A stretch of DNA of 32,000 nucleotides from Nostoc punctiforme PCC 73102 (lineage in GTDB: Bacteria; Cyanobacteriota; Cyanobacteriia; Cyanobacteriales; Nostocaceae), in the NCBI RefSeq assembly GCF_000020025.1, contig NC_010628.1, forward strand, positions 360,001 to 392,000. The letters are read 5' to 3'. Below are positions 17,788 to 28,100 of this stretch, in pieces (the first letter of the stretch is position 1; the number at the start of each line of letters is the position of its first letter). The position numbers and the translations under genes were made by a program. The notes below the pieces were generated by a model. It was not told the DNA's origin, searched no databases, and saw only the letters and a program-made list of their open reading frames with translations.

Positions 17788-18131
17788 AAAAACTTTTCCA
17801 ATTATTACTAAAATTAATTTTTAATTTTAATTATTTTACCCAATTAGAACGATGTTCAAAGATGCTGCTGCTAACAGCATAAATACCTGGGGCAATTACC
17901 ACATTCAAGCACAGCAGGATAAAAATAGCGAGTGTGAGTGTTGTTTAAGGAATTGCGACCAAACAAAGAACATCGCTTGTATCAGATTTATCGGCAAAAA
18001 CTTTTCCCAAACATGGACCTGTTTATTCATATTCTTTTGCTTCTCTCTCTCAACAGGTAAAAGTAAAAATGTTTATTATTTTACTTTGGTCAAGATGCGC
18101 TCGTTTCGCAGCATATCTACTTTTTCTATCC

Positions 18132-20237
18132 TTAAGCCAAACCTACAATTGTAATCAGTATGTCTATCAACTTAATGGCGATAAATGGCGCAATCACTCC
18201 ACCTAAGCCATAAATTAAGATATTGCGTTGGAGTAGCTGATTAGCTGTCAATGGTCTAAACCGCACACCCTTCAATGCCAAGGGAATCAAAGCTGGAATA
18301 ATCAAAGCATTATAAATCAGCGCTGATAGTACAGCAGACTTAGAGCTAGTCAAATTCATAATATTCAGGCTTTGTAGATTAGCAGCGACAAATATCACTG
18401 GGATAATTGCAAAGTATTTGGCAATATCGTTAGCGATAGAAAATGTCATCAAAGCTCCGCGAGTAATCAACAATTGTTTACCAATGCTAATAATATCGAT
18501 CAGCTTTGTCGGATCGGAGTCCAAATCCACCATGTTGGCGGCTTCTTTTGCAGCTTGTGTCCCTGTATTCATAGCAACGCCGACGTTAGCTTGGGCTAAT
18601 GCAGGAGCATCGTTAGTCCCATCTCCTGTCATGGCAACTAGTTTACCTGCTGCTTGTTCCTTTTTAATGACACTGATTTTGTCTTCTGGTGTGGCTTCAG
18701 CAATGAAGTCATCCACTCCAGCTTCTTTAGCAATGACAGAAGCTGTAATTTGGTTGTCTCCAGTTAGCATGATTGTACGCACTCCCATCCGTCGCAGTTG
18801 CTCAAAGCGATCGCGGATACCAGGTTTAACTATATCTTTGAGATAAATAACCCCATAGATTTCGTTATCTAGGCTAACTGCTAAAGGTGTACCTCCCAAG
18901 CGAGAAACTCGTTCGTAGGCAGCATCCAATTCTGGCGTGTCGCGTCCGTTGCGAGAACGGACAAATCCTTTAATGGCTTCTACTGCTCCCTTCCTGGCCT
19001 CATAACCACCAGGTAAGTTAGTTCCACTCATTCGGGTTTTGGCGGAAAAATCAACTCCTTCTGCCTGGTTGGAATCAAAATCAAACCTTGCGCCTAACTT
19101 TTCTGCCAGTCGAATAATGGATTTACCTTCTGGTGTATTGTCAAAAAAACTAGCCGCCCACGCAACATTAGCAATTTCTGACATTGAATGACCGTTGATC
19201 GGGATAAACTCTTCCGCCAAACGGTTGCCGAGGGTGATTGTACCTGTCTTATCGAGAACTAGAGTGTTGACATCACCACAGGCTTCGACTGCTTTTCCTG
19301 AAGTCGCAATAACGTTAAATTGGGCAACTCGATCCATACCAGCAATGCCGATGGTACTGAGTAAGCCGCCAATGGTTGTAGGAATTAATGCCACTAATAG
19401 GGCAATTAAAGTTGGCACGCTCACTGGACTATTGACATAGTAAGCAAGTGCGGGCAGAGTTACTACAACTAACAAAAACACTAAGCTGAGAACTGCCAAC
19501 AATACTGTCAGGGCAATTTCATTGGGTGTTTTGCTGCGTTCTGCCCCTTCTACTAAGCCAATCATCCTGTCAATAAAGCCTTTACCGGGGTCAGTAGTGA
19601 TACGGATAATTAATTCATCTGAGATAATCCGCGTCCCACCAGTGACGGAACTGGAAACATCGGAGCCTGATTCTTTTAATACTGGTGCAGATTCTCCAGT
19701 AATTGCCGATTCATCTACTGAGGCAACACCCATAATTACCTCGCCATCGCCGGGAATGATATCACCAGCAACGACGTAGATGTTATCGCCCTTTTTAAGG
19801 TTAGTAGATGAAACTTCACTAATTGTGCCGTCGGGAGCGAGTTTTTTAGCGATCGCCTCTGATTTGGTTAATCGCAAGGCATCAGCTTGAGCTTTACCCC
19901 GCCCTTCTGCCAATGCTTCAGCAAAATTGGCAAACCAAACTGTAAAGAATAAAATCCCCGACAGTAAGCCATTGAAAAGTTGTGGCTTCTTTTGTAGGGC
20001 TGGGCCAAATAAATTGGGATCAATTGTGAGCAATAGAATGATGATTGTCCCCACCCAAACCACAAATATTACTGGATTTTTGATTACATACTTAGGGTTG
20101 AGCTTCACAAAAGCATCTCTAATTGCCCTTAAGTACAGCCACTTTTTACTTGTCCTTGCTTTTTTACGTCCTTGACGGTGATCGCCAGAACGAGGATTTG
20201 GCCGTCTAGCTCTGAAGTTAGTTGCCACTTGATTCAT
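18132..20237 (-). CDS. kdpB: K+-transporting P-type ATPase subunit B
   Basis: P-type motifs [30 protein letters not shown], and KdpB length. Confidence 0.95.
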   Translation of the reverse strand: MNQVATNFRARRPNPRSGDHRQGRKKARTSKKWLYLRAIRDAFVKLNPKYVIKNPVIFVVWVGTIIILLLTIDPNLFGPALQKKPQLFNGLLSGILFFTVWFANFAEALAEGRGKAQADALRLTKSEAIAKKLAPDGTISEVSSTNLKKGDNIYVVAGDIIPGDGEVIMGVASVDESAITGESAPVLKESGSDVSSSVTGGTRIISDELIIRITTDPGKGFIDRMIGLVEGAERSKTPNEIALTVLLAVLSLVFLLVVVTLPALAYYVNSPVSVPTLIALLVALIPTTIGGLLSTIGIAGMDRVAQFNVIATSGKAVEACGDVNTLVLDKTGTITLGNRLAEEFIPINGHSMSEIANVAWAASFFDNTPEGKSIIRLAEKLGARFDFDSNQAEGVDFSAKTRMSGTNLPGGYEARKGAVEAIKGFVRSRNGRDTPELDAAYERVSRLGGTPLAVSLDNEIYGVIYLKDIVKPGIRDRFEQLRRMGVRTIMLTGDNQITASVIAKEAGVDDFIAEATPEDKISVIKKEQAAGKLVAMTGDGTNDAPALAQANVGVAMNTGTQAAKEAANMVDLDSDPTKLIDIISIGKQLLITRGALMTFSIANDIAKYFAIIPVIFVAANLQSLNIMNLTSSKSAVLSALIYNALIIPALIPLALKGVRFRPLTANQLLQRNILIYGLGGVIAPFIAIKLIDILITIVGLA

Positions 20238-20244
20238 GAATAAA

Positions 20245-20286
20245 GTTAGGAGTTAAAAGTTAAAAATTAGGAGTTAGAAGTTAGGA
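20245..20286. repeat. 6 x heptamer array (GTTAGGA/GTTAAAA/GTTAGAA)
   Basis: Read directly from the sequence. Ends 7 nt from the kdpB start codon (minus strand), replacing any obvious Shine-Dalgarno sequence. Confidence 0.9.
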
Positions 20287-20346
20287 GTTTCCAATAAAAA
20301 ATACATCCGACCTTTAGGGCACGCTATGCGATCGCTAACACAATGC

Positions 20347-20460
20347 CAAAGCGATGCTCGTTCCTACCTACCTCTATTCGCGTTCGATTGTCACCAGAAG
20401 GACGGACGATCGAACGCGAACAACGTGTCGCAGACAAGACTCGCTAAAATACCAGTCGCC
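20347..20460. repeat. MITE-like dispersed repeat, copy 2, with an internal perfect 12-bp inverted repeat (TTCGCGTTCGAT 20377-20388 / ATCGAACGCGAA 20409-20420)
   Basis: Same terminal blocks as 8686..8783. Lies inside the kdpA-kdpB spacer. + strand ORFs 20326..20529 and 20354..20683 run through it and look spurious. Confidence 0.5.
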
Positions 20461-20582
20461 TACGGTGAAAAACCCGCCTACAGCGATGGATTCAGCACAA
20501 AGCACTGCCTCCCCTACAAAACAGGATAATTTATTTATTTTTTGGTATTCTCTTAATTCCAGACTTATAACTCATAAATTTT

Positions 20583-22268
20583 CTAATTGCCAGATGCTAG
20601 TTTCAAACCCTCAGCTATGGGGCCTAAAGCTAAAACGGGAAAGAAAGTTAATACTCCCAAAACCAATGTCACTCCAGCAGTGATACCAGTAAATACTAGA
20701 GAATCAGTTCTTAGGGTACCAGGGGTTTCTTGTACTTGTTGTTTGCGAGACATACCGTCAGCTAACAGCAGGATGGCAATTATCGGAATGTATCGTCCTC
20801 CTATTAAGCTAACTAAAGTACTCAAGTTCCACCACAGGGTGTTATCTTTCAACCCTTCCAAGCCGGAGCCATTATTTGCGGTGGCTGAGGCGTATTCATA
20901 AACTACTTGAGAAATACCGTGATGGCCAGAGTTGCTAATTCCAGAGAGAGAGATGGGATAAGCCAGGGCGATCGCACTGGGAATCAAAACTAGAATTGGG
21001 TGAATCAACAACACGACACTGGCGAGGACAATTTCACGTTTTTCAATTTTGCGTCCTAAAAACTCTGGGGTGCGTCCTGCCATTAGTCCAGTTAGGAACA
21101 CTGTAAGAATTAAGTAAATAAATAAGTAAGCTGTTCCAGTTCCCTGACCACCCCAAATTACCTGGATAAACAAGTTGAAGAGTGTCGAAAATATTCCTTG
21201 GGGCATCAAAGAATCATGCATCCCATTCACAGCGCCAGACATAGTAGCAGTAGTCATAACTGCCCAAAATGCCGTTTGTAACCAGCCAAACCGCACTTCT
21301 TTCCCCTCTAAATTGGGCTGTTCTAATGCAAAGGCGTTATTAACAAGGGGATTACCTTGCAATTCTCCCACGGCTGTTACTCCCACCAGAACCACAAAAA
21401 TCACAAACACCATCCAAAAAAGCAGCCAAGCTTGTTTGATGTTGTTGGCAAATATACCGTATGTGTAAATCAAGGCTGCCGGTATAGAAATCATGGCGAT
21501 CATTTCTATCAAGTTAGAAGCGCCATTGGGATTCTCAAAAGGATGTGCTGAGTTTACGCCAAAGAAGCCACCGCCATTCTCGCCCAAAAGTTTGATCATT
21601 TCAAAGGATGCCACCGGGCCTCTGGCAAGATATTGTGTCCCGCCTTCTAAGGTTCTCACATCCATAGTCTTCGCTAATGTTTGTGGTACACCTGTTAGAA
21701 GCAAAGCGATCGCTCCAATAATCGAAATCGGTAGCAATATGCGCGTAATTGCACGGACAACATCAACATAAAAGTTTCCTAGCCTTCTACCCGTCAGTCC
21801 GCGAATAAAGGCAATTCCCACAGATAAACCGGTAGCTGCGGAGGTGAACATCAAAAAGCCTAAAGCTGCTACCTGGCTAAAATAGCTTAAGGTTGTCTCA
21901 CCAGCATAGTGCTGCTGGTCGGTATTCGTTACAAAGGAAATGGTTGTATGCAGTAATACATCCCAACTGGGCGCACCAAAACCGTTAGGATTCCAGGGCA
22001 ACAGCCTCTGAAAATATAATAGTAAGTACACTGAAATACCCATAATCAGGTTGCTGTACAGTACAGCTCGGATATACTGCGAAACCGTCATATCATCTTT
22101 TCTGCGAACACCCGCTAGTACAAACATACTCCGTTCTATGGGGTTCATTAAAAAATCCAGTAGTGTTCTTTCTCCCAAGAAGACATGGGCTATGTATCTA
22201 CCGAGTAGTGGAGTAATTGCTATGACAATACACAGCGTTAAGCCAATTTGCAAAAAACCTTGTCCCAT
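20583..22268 (-). CDS. kdpA: K+-transporting ATPase subunit A
   Basis: 561 aa and polytopic. N-terminal [12 protein letters not shown]...PLLGRYIA and internal NTDQQHY, GENGGGF, TNNGS blocks are typical of KdpA. Confidence 0.95.
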   Translation of the reverse strand: MGQGFLQIGLTLCIVIAITPLLGRYIAHVFLGERTLLDFLMNPIERSMFVLAGVRRKDDMTVSQYIRAVLYSNLIMGISVYLLLYFQRLLPWNPNGFGAPSWDVLLHTTISFVTNTDQQHYAGETTLSYFSQVAALGFLMFTSAATGLSVGIAFIRGLTGRRLGNFYVDVVRAITRILLPISIIGAIALLLTGVPQTLAKTMDVRTLEGGTQYLARGPVASFEMIKLLGENGGGFFGVNSAHPFENPNGASNLIEMIAMISIPAALIYTYGIFANNIKQAWLLFWMVFVIFVVLVGVTAVGELQGNPLVNNAFALEQPNLEGKEVRFGWLQTAFWAVMTTATMSGAVNGMHDSLMPQGIFSTLFNLFIQVIWGGQGTGTAYLFIYLILTVFLTGLMAGRTPEFLGRKIEKREIVLASVVLLIHPILVLIPSAIALAYPISLSGISNSGHHGISQVVYEYASATANNGSGLEGLKDNTLWWNLSTLVSLIGGRYIPIIAILLLADGMSRKQQVQETPGTLRTDSLVFTGITAGVTLVLGVLTFFPVLALGPIAEGLKLASGN

Positions 22269-22621
22269 ATATTTCGCGCTCGATAAAATTTAAGTGCTAG
22301 CAAGCCAATTATTAAAAATAACAGATTAACTGTTGGAGTATTTGATTGCAGAAATTTAGTGATATGAGTTATCACCGCCATTTTTAAATCTGGATTTACT
22401 ATTTTCAGCTATTGCTATTTTCCAGATAGTTGTTTAACTTATCGTTAAAAATATTTAATCTTTACTTTTAATTCATCTATTTCGCTAGTTAGTATTATTT
22501 GTTTATACAATACATTATCGAAGTTTGCTACGTTCAAAGAATATAAATATTTAAGAGGATTTTATTAAATGAATGACGGTATGGGAAGGTTGTGTTAGAT
22601 ACTCTGCACCTTGTGACAAGT

Positions 22622-22656
22622 ACCCAGTCCCTAATCCTCAATCCCCAGTCCTCTTT
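22622..22656. repeat. degenerate heptamer array related to the CCCCAGT STRR unit
   Basis: acccagt ccctaat cctcaat ccccagt cctcttt, in the divergent kdpA / histidine-kinase spacer. Confidence 0.7.
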
Positions 22657-22791
22657 TTTGCATCTGGACAATCGTAATTTTCAGGTTAATGCTCAAGTGA
22701 ATATTTGCAGATATAGATTGCAGATAAATCATAATCGCTGAATTAAATAGTTGTAAAGATTGTAGGATAAAGATTTTTTAGTAAATCAGAA

Positions 22792-23895
22792 ATGACGATA
22801 TTAAGTCGATTAGTGGCTATGAAAGAAGCTATAAATGAGCGTGGAGAGACTTATGGGCTAATAGCGATCGCCTTTGCCATCGTGATTAGCTTAGAATATT
22901 TGACACCACCTGAGTACGTATTTGGCTACCTCTACACAGGGACAATTTTGTTAGCAGATTCTCGATTGAATCGGAAAGCAGTATTGGGGATCACTCTTGC
23001 CGCTACAGGATTAACATTATTGAATTTGTTTGTCCCCGGAGGAGAAATAATTTATCCCCCAACGTTAGCAAATCGGCTGATTGCAGTATTGGCGTTGATG
23101 GTAACGGGTTGGTTAAGCGATCGCAACCACCGCAATGAAGAAGCAATCGCTTATACACAAGCACAATTACGCTCCCAAGAACAACTAGCTATCATGCGTG
23201 AAGATTTTGTTTCTACCCTAACGCATGATTTGAAAACACCTCTATTAGGAGCAATTGAAACGCTGAAATATTTTCAAAATGAGCAATTTGGTGAAATCAC
23301 GCCAATGCAAGCAAAAGTCCTCCAAACTATGGCTCGTAGTCATCGGAGTACACTGCAATTAGTCCAAACTCTTTTAGATGTATACCGTAATGATGCTGAA
23401 GGGTTGAAATTACAGATATCACCTGTTAACTTGGCAACTGTGGCAGAGGAGATAATCGCAACCCTGGCTGAACTAGCGAGAACACGTCAGGTTTATATTT
23501 CTTTGCACTATGGCGAATCAGATTTTCGTAGCTTTCTCTGGGTAAATGGCGATTCTTTACAACTTGGGCGAGTTTTCACCAATCTCCTGAGTAATGGTAT
23601 TAACCATACCCCCCGTGGCGGTAAAGTGGAAGTGGTACTTGAAGGTTATTCTAGCGATCAAGTGGTAAAAATACTCGATACTGGTTCCGGCTTTACAGAA
23701 GAAGAGTTACCCCACTTATTTGAGAGATTTTATCAAGGACATAGCGATCGCCACGTCTCAGGATCGGGACTAGGGCTTTATTTAACTAGGCAAATTATCG
23801 CTGCTCATGGGGGTACAATTTGGGCAGAGAATCGCTCACCACGGGGAGCAATGTTTGGTTTTAGACTCCCAGCTTGTCCACCTCCGGGGAGTTGA
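22792..23895 (+). CDS. membrane sensor histidine kinase (four N-terminal TM helices resembling the KdpD membrane domain, then HisKA and HATPase_c)
   Basis: H-box FVSTLTHDLKTPL, N-box LLSNGINHTP, G1 ILDTGSGF, G2 GSGLGLYL. The four hydrophobic segments in aa 20-110 are DUF4118-like by eye. Confidence 0.9.
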   Translation: MTILSRLVAMKEAINERGETYGLIAIAFAIVISLEYLTPPEYVFGYLYTGTILLADSRLNRKAVLGITLAATGLTLLNLFVPGGEIIYPPTLANRLIAVLALMVTGWLSDRNHRNEEAIAYTQAQLRSQEQLAIMREDFVSTLTHDLKTPLLGAIETLKYFQNEQFGEITPMQAKVLQTMARSHRSTLQLVQTLLDVYRNDAEGLKLQISPVNLATVAEEIIATLAELARTRQVYISLHYGESDFRSFLWVNGDSLQLGRVFTNLLSNGINHTPRGGKVEVVLEGYSSDQVVKILDTGSGFTEEELPHLFERFYQGHSDRHVSGSGLGLYLTRQIIAAHGGTIWAENRSPRGAMFGFRLPACPPPGS

Positions 23896-23934
23896 AGGAG
23901 CAGGGGGAGCAGAGAAGGTAGGGGAGGTAGGGAG
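23896..23934. repeat. purine-rich 9-mer tandem repeat (aggagcagg gggagcaga gaaggtagg ggaggtagg), GGAGCAG core as in anmK
   Basis: Starts on the base after the kinase stop codon. Confidence 0.8.
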
Positions 23935-23946
23935 AATAATAATTCC

Positions 23947-23988
23947 TGACTAATGACCAATGACCAATAACCAATAACAAATGACAAA
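23947..23988. repeat. 6 x heptamer STRR array (TGACCAA, the reverse complement of TTGGTCA, decaying to TGACAAA)
   Basis: tgactaa tgaccaa tgaccaa taaccaa taacaaa tgacaaa. The regulator's ATG (23981-23983) straddles units 5 and 6. Confidence 0.9.
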
Positions 23989-24655
23989 AATCTTACTCGT
24001 TGAAGACGATGAATTATTTCGGCTTGGTCTGCGGATGCGGTTGCAACAAGAAACCAGTTTGGAGATTGTCGCAGAGGCAGAAGATGGGGAACAAGCTGTA
24101 GAATTAGCAAATCGCTATCCGCTGGATTTGGTCTTGCTGGATATAGGTTTACCCGGCATTGGTGGGATTGAAGCTTGTCGCCAAATCAAGCAGAAGCACC
24201 CAAATTTACCAATTCTCGTTTTAACGTCTCGTTCTGAAAAACCTTTGATTTCAAGGTTAATTGCAGCCGGGGCCCAAGGTTACTGCCTGAAAGGTATTCC
24301 TGCTGAATCTTTGATCTTGGCAGTGCGATCGGTTGCAGGCGGAGCATCTTGGTGGGATCAAACGGCAACAACAGAGATTAGAGCAGCTTTTGAGGGCAAT
24401 TCTACTGTGGTGCTGCCTGCAAAAACTGAGGGAACCCTAGAAAATCCGTTAACTAAGCGTGAGCAAGAAATTTTGGCACTGGTAGCAGCTGGCAAAAGCA
24501 ATCAAGAGATTGCTGAGATTCTCTACATTGCTCCTGGTACAGTGCGGGTTCATGTCCATGCTATTTTGCAGAAACTAGAAGTACGCGATCGCACCCAAGC
24601 CGCAGTCTTAGCGATCCAAAAAGGATTGGTAGCACCAGAATTGTTGATTAATTAG
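23981..24655 (+). CDS. response regulator, NarL/LuxR family (REC plus GerE-type HTH)
   Basis: REC: LLVEDD, LVLLDIGLPG, LVLTS, K at CLKG. C-terminal LTKREQEILALVAAGKSNQEIAEILYIAPGTVRVHVHAILQKL. Confidence 0.9.
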   Translation: MTKILLVEDDELFRLGLRMRLQQETSLEIVAEAEDGEQAVELANRYPLDLVLLDIGLPGIGGIEACRQIKQKHPNLPILVLTSRSEKPLISRLIAAGAQGYCLKGIPAESLILAVRSVAGGASWWDQTATTEIRAAFEGNSTVVLPAKTEGTLENPLTKREQEILALVAAGKSNQEIAEILYIAPGTVRVHVHAILQKLEVRDRTQAAVLAIQKGLVAPELLIN

Positions 24656-24688
24656 ATTCATTCACATCGGACTAAGTGCTAATGCTGA

Positions 24689-24708
24689 CTGAAGTATAAA
24701 TACTTCAG
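24689..24708 (+). terminator. weak candidate terminator after the regulator
   Basis: CTGAAGTA-taaa-TACTTCAG followed by cATTTAT. The T tail is poor. Confidence 0.3.
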
Positions 24709-25128
24709 CATTTATAAGTCAGTAAAATTTAATTTCGAGAATAAGAGCGATCGCTAAAACATAGCTTAGTTTTTCTAGGGTGTATTTAGTTATAAAAATC
24801 AACTCTAAATTTAAACTTTTACCACATCTAACTTATTTCAGTATTAATACAGTAGCGAGAATTATATTTTCAGTATAATTTAGTACTAAACATTGCTATT
24901 ATTTTTACTGTTTTACCTCAAGAAAAATAGGTTCTAATTACCCATTAAATTTAGGAACGGAAGCGTATATCTAGATATTCGTTTCATATTTAATGCTGTC
25001 TTTCTAAAGCCTTACATTCGAGTCAAAAGTTACGAGTTGCCAAATTTTATTTACTAACAATAATCATGGTGCAACTGCAAGAAAACAAAACTTCTAAAAC
25101 CTAAACTAATTTTGTAGAGGAATTATAA

Positions 25129-28100
25129 ATGCCAACCAATACAGCGCCAACATTGGACAACGCAGGTAATCCCATACTGACTGCCATTACTCAAGATGTG
25201 ACTGACACTGAAAACCTTGGCACTCTAGTTTCTGCCATCATTGCCACAGGTACAGGTGGCAACCCCATCACTGATGTAGACACAGGTGCAGTGGAAGGAA
25301 TTGCTGTCATTGGTGTAGATAATACCCACGGCATTTGGCAATACTCTACCAATGGCGGTAACAACTGGATTAATTTTGCTGTGTCCGCCATTTCTGCGAC
25401 ATTACTCAGAGATACAGAAAAAGTCCGTTTTATCCCCAATGCTGGCTACAACGGTACGGCTGAAATCACCTTCCGTGCTTGGGATGCTTCAGATGGCAAT
25501 GCTAGCGGCACTACTGGCGTAAATCCAGGAGTTGGTGGAGGCACAACAGCTTACAGTAGTGCTACGGAAACTGCCAGTATCTCAATTTTACCTCTCGTAG
25601 GACTAAGACCCTATTCCATCATTGTCGCCGACTTAAATAAAGATGGTAATACGGATTTGGTAACGGCAAACAAGTCCTCTCAAAGCGTTTCGGTACTTTT
25701 GGGAAAGGGTGATGGCACTTTTAAACCTGCCACCACCTTTAGCGTCGTCGGGTTCAACGGGTTAAATCCCTATTCCGTCGCTGTAGCCGACTTCAACAAA
25801 GACGGCAAATTGGATTTGGTAACGGCAAACAATGTCTCCAATAACATTTCGGTGCTCCTTGGAAAGGGTGATGGTAGTTTTCAAGCTGCTGTCAATTTTG
25901 ATTTGCCCTCAGGATCAGCACCCATATCCATCGCAGTGGGGGACTTCAACAAAGATGGTAAATCTGACATAGTAACGGCAAATAATGCTTCCCAAAATAT
26001 TTCAGTGCTTTTGGGAAATGGTACTGGCGGCTTTGGAAGTGCCATAAACTTTAAAGTTCCCAGCCGTCCTACTTCCGTCATCGTGGGCAACTTCAACGGG
26101 GATGGAATATCTGACCTAGCGGTGACGAGTTCTTACTTCAACAACGTCTCAATCCTATTAGGAAATGGTGATGGCACTTTTAACTCAGCCACTCAATTTG
26201 ACGTAGGAACAAATCCTCATTCTGTTGTCATCGGCGACTTTAATAAAGATGGTAAATCTGACTTGGCGGTGGCAAATTCGGACTCTAACAATGTCTCGGT
26301 ACTGTTGGGCAATGGTGATGGCACTTTTAAGCCTGCCACCAATTTTAATGTGGGGTTAAATCCCGTATCTGTCACAGTGATTGACTTCAACGGGGATGGC
26401 AAATCTGATTTAGCAGTTGCAAACGCAGACTCCAACACGGTTTCAGTCCTGCTAGGAGATGGCATTGGCAGCTTTGGAAATGCCACTAACTTTGACGTAG
26501 GTACAACACCCTATGCTGTCACCGTAGGCGACTTCGACAAAGACGGTAAATCTGACTTGGCGGTGGCAAACAGTGAATCTAGAAACGTTTCGATACTACT
26601 TAATAATCGCGCTGAATCTTATGATCCCGTTCCCCCTCAGCCGATACTCATCAACGAAATTTTCTTTGATCCCCCAAGTACAGATGGTCCTAGAGAATAC
26701 ATCGAACTGCGTGGTACTCCTGGTGAAACTCTAGCACCTGGGACTTATCTAGTTGGGATTGAGGGTGATTCTGGCTCCCCGAATCCTGGCAATGTTCAAG
26801 ATATTTTTGATTTGTCTGGTAAGCAGTTTGGAAGCAATGGGTTGCTGGTTCTGTTACAAAAAGGCAATCCTTATGTTAATGTAGTCAACCCCAATGCAAA
26901 TATAGTAACTAATGCTGGTACTGGAGCCGGATGGGGAAGCGGAGCCTCAAGTTCAATCGGTCATACTGGTCAGACGGGCGCAACTGACATAGAAAATAAC
27001 TCTGTTAGCTTTTTCCTCATTCAAACTACTACTGCACCCACCCTTAGCAATGATATTGACTCAAATGACGATGGTATTGTTGATCCTGCTGTTTACTCAA
27101 AGTGGACTGTATTAGATTCAGTTTCCGTTTTAGATGGCACATCTACTACGGACAGAGCATATAGCTCGATTGTATTTAGAAAAGGTTCTAATGGCGGTTC
27201 AGTTCCAGCTAATGCCACAGTTGTTGACACCTCGTTTATCGCTGGATATGTTGGGCGTTCAGGTAATACTACTGGTTCAACAGCCTCAGATTGGGTAGCA
27301 AGTGCAATCACCACTGGCACAGCCCCAAATTTTGCATTAGCTACTGCTCCTAACACATCACCTGGAAACTTTGCCGAGCAACCATTGAATCATATTGGCA
27401 ATACTAACTTTGCTCCTCCAGCTAATATCAATTACGCCATTTCAACTGCTACCCCAACTGTGATTGAAGGTAATAGTGGTAGCAAAACTGTCAGTTTCAC
27501 TGTGACTCGCAGTGGTAATACTGCCATTGCCACTACCATAAATTATGCCTTGGATGGCACAGCAACTTCTGTCAGCGACTACAATACTATTAAAGTTGGA
27601 ACTGCAACAGGTACTTTATCTGGGACTTTAAAATTCGCCGTTGGGGAAACGACAAAGACCATTTCACTCAATGTTCTGGGTGAGAAGTTGACTGAACCTG
27701 ACGAAACCATTAATCTTAACCTAAATTACCCCAACCAAGTAGCTGCGATCGCTCCTGCTACAATCACCATAGTTGATGATGACAACATTCCTGCTATCTC
27801 TATCGCAGATAAAAGTGGCAGCGAAGGCAGCGGCAATTTTGTTTTTACCGTCAAACTCTCCAATGCCAGTACTGAAATAGTTACAGTCGCTTACAACAGT
27901 AGTAATGATACTGCGATCGCTGGCATTGATTACACCGCAGTCACAGGCAGCCTGACTTTCAACCCTGGAGTTACCACTCAAACAATCACTGTACCGATTC
28001 TCAACGATTTTGTTGCTGAATCAAGCGAGCGTTTTTTTGTCAATCTCATCAACCCCACTAATGCCAGCATCGCTGATAATCAAGCTATTGGTACGATTAC

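Noticed and set aside
17852-18154. 100-aa + ORF in the kdpB-kdpC spacer
   Set aside because: It is antisense to the operon, overlaps the kdpB 3' end, is Cys/Phe/Ser-rich low-complexity, and has no RBS.
18418-20175. Several 80-140-aa + ORFs antisense to kdpB
   Set aside because: Typical shadow ORFs opposite a strongly supported P-type ATPase gene. They are Ser/Pro/Thr-rich with no motifs.
20326-20683. + ORFs 20326..20529 and 20354..20683
   Set aside because: They run through the MITE-like repeat in the kdpA-kdpB spacer and into the kdpA 3' end in antisense. Arg/Thr/Ser-rich repeat translation.
22238-22381. 47-aa minus-strand ORF just upstream of kdpA and overlapping it by 31 nt ([47 protein letters not shown]), considered as a KdpF candidate
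   Set aside because: It has one hydrophobic stretch but no resemblance to the short KdpF pattern I know. It is longer than KdpF, has no clear SD, and overlaps kdpA out of frame. Worth a look only if ribosome profiling supports it.
23886-23934. Possible G-quadruplex (four G-tracts) in the purine-rich repeat
   Set aside because: Two of the loops are about 13 nt and one tract is only GGG, so predicted stability is low. The repeat explanation is sufficient.
1141-23988. Could the short tandem arrays be CRISPR?
   Set aside because: The units are 7-9 nt and directly tandem, with no spacers of 25-40 nt and no cas genes. They are STRR-type microsatellite-like repeats, not CRISPR.
23805-24110. 101-aa minus-strand ORF spanning the kinase 3' end, the repeat spacer and the regulator 5' end
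   Set aside because: It is a Leu/Pro-rich translation of the repeat arrays and overlaps two well-supported genes.
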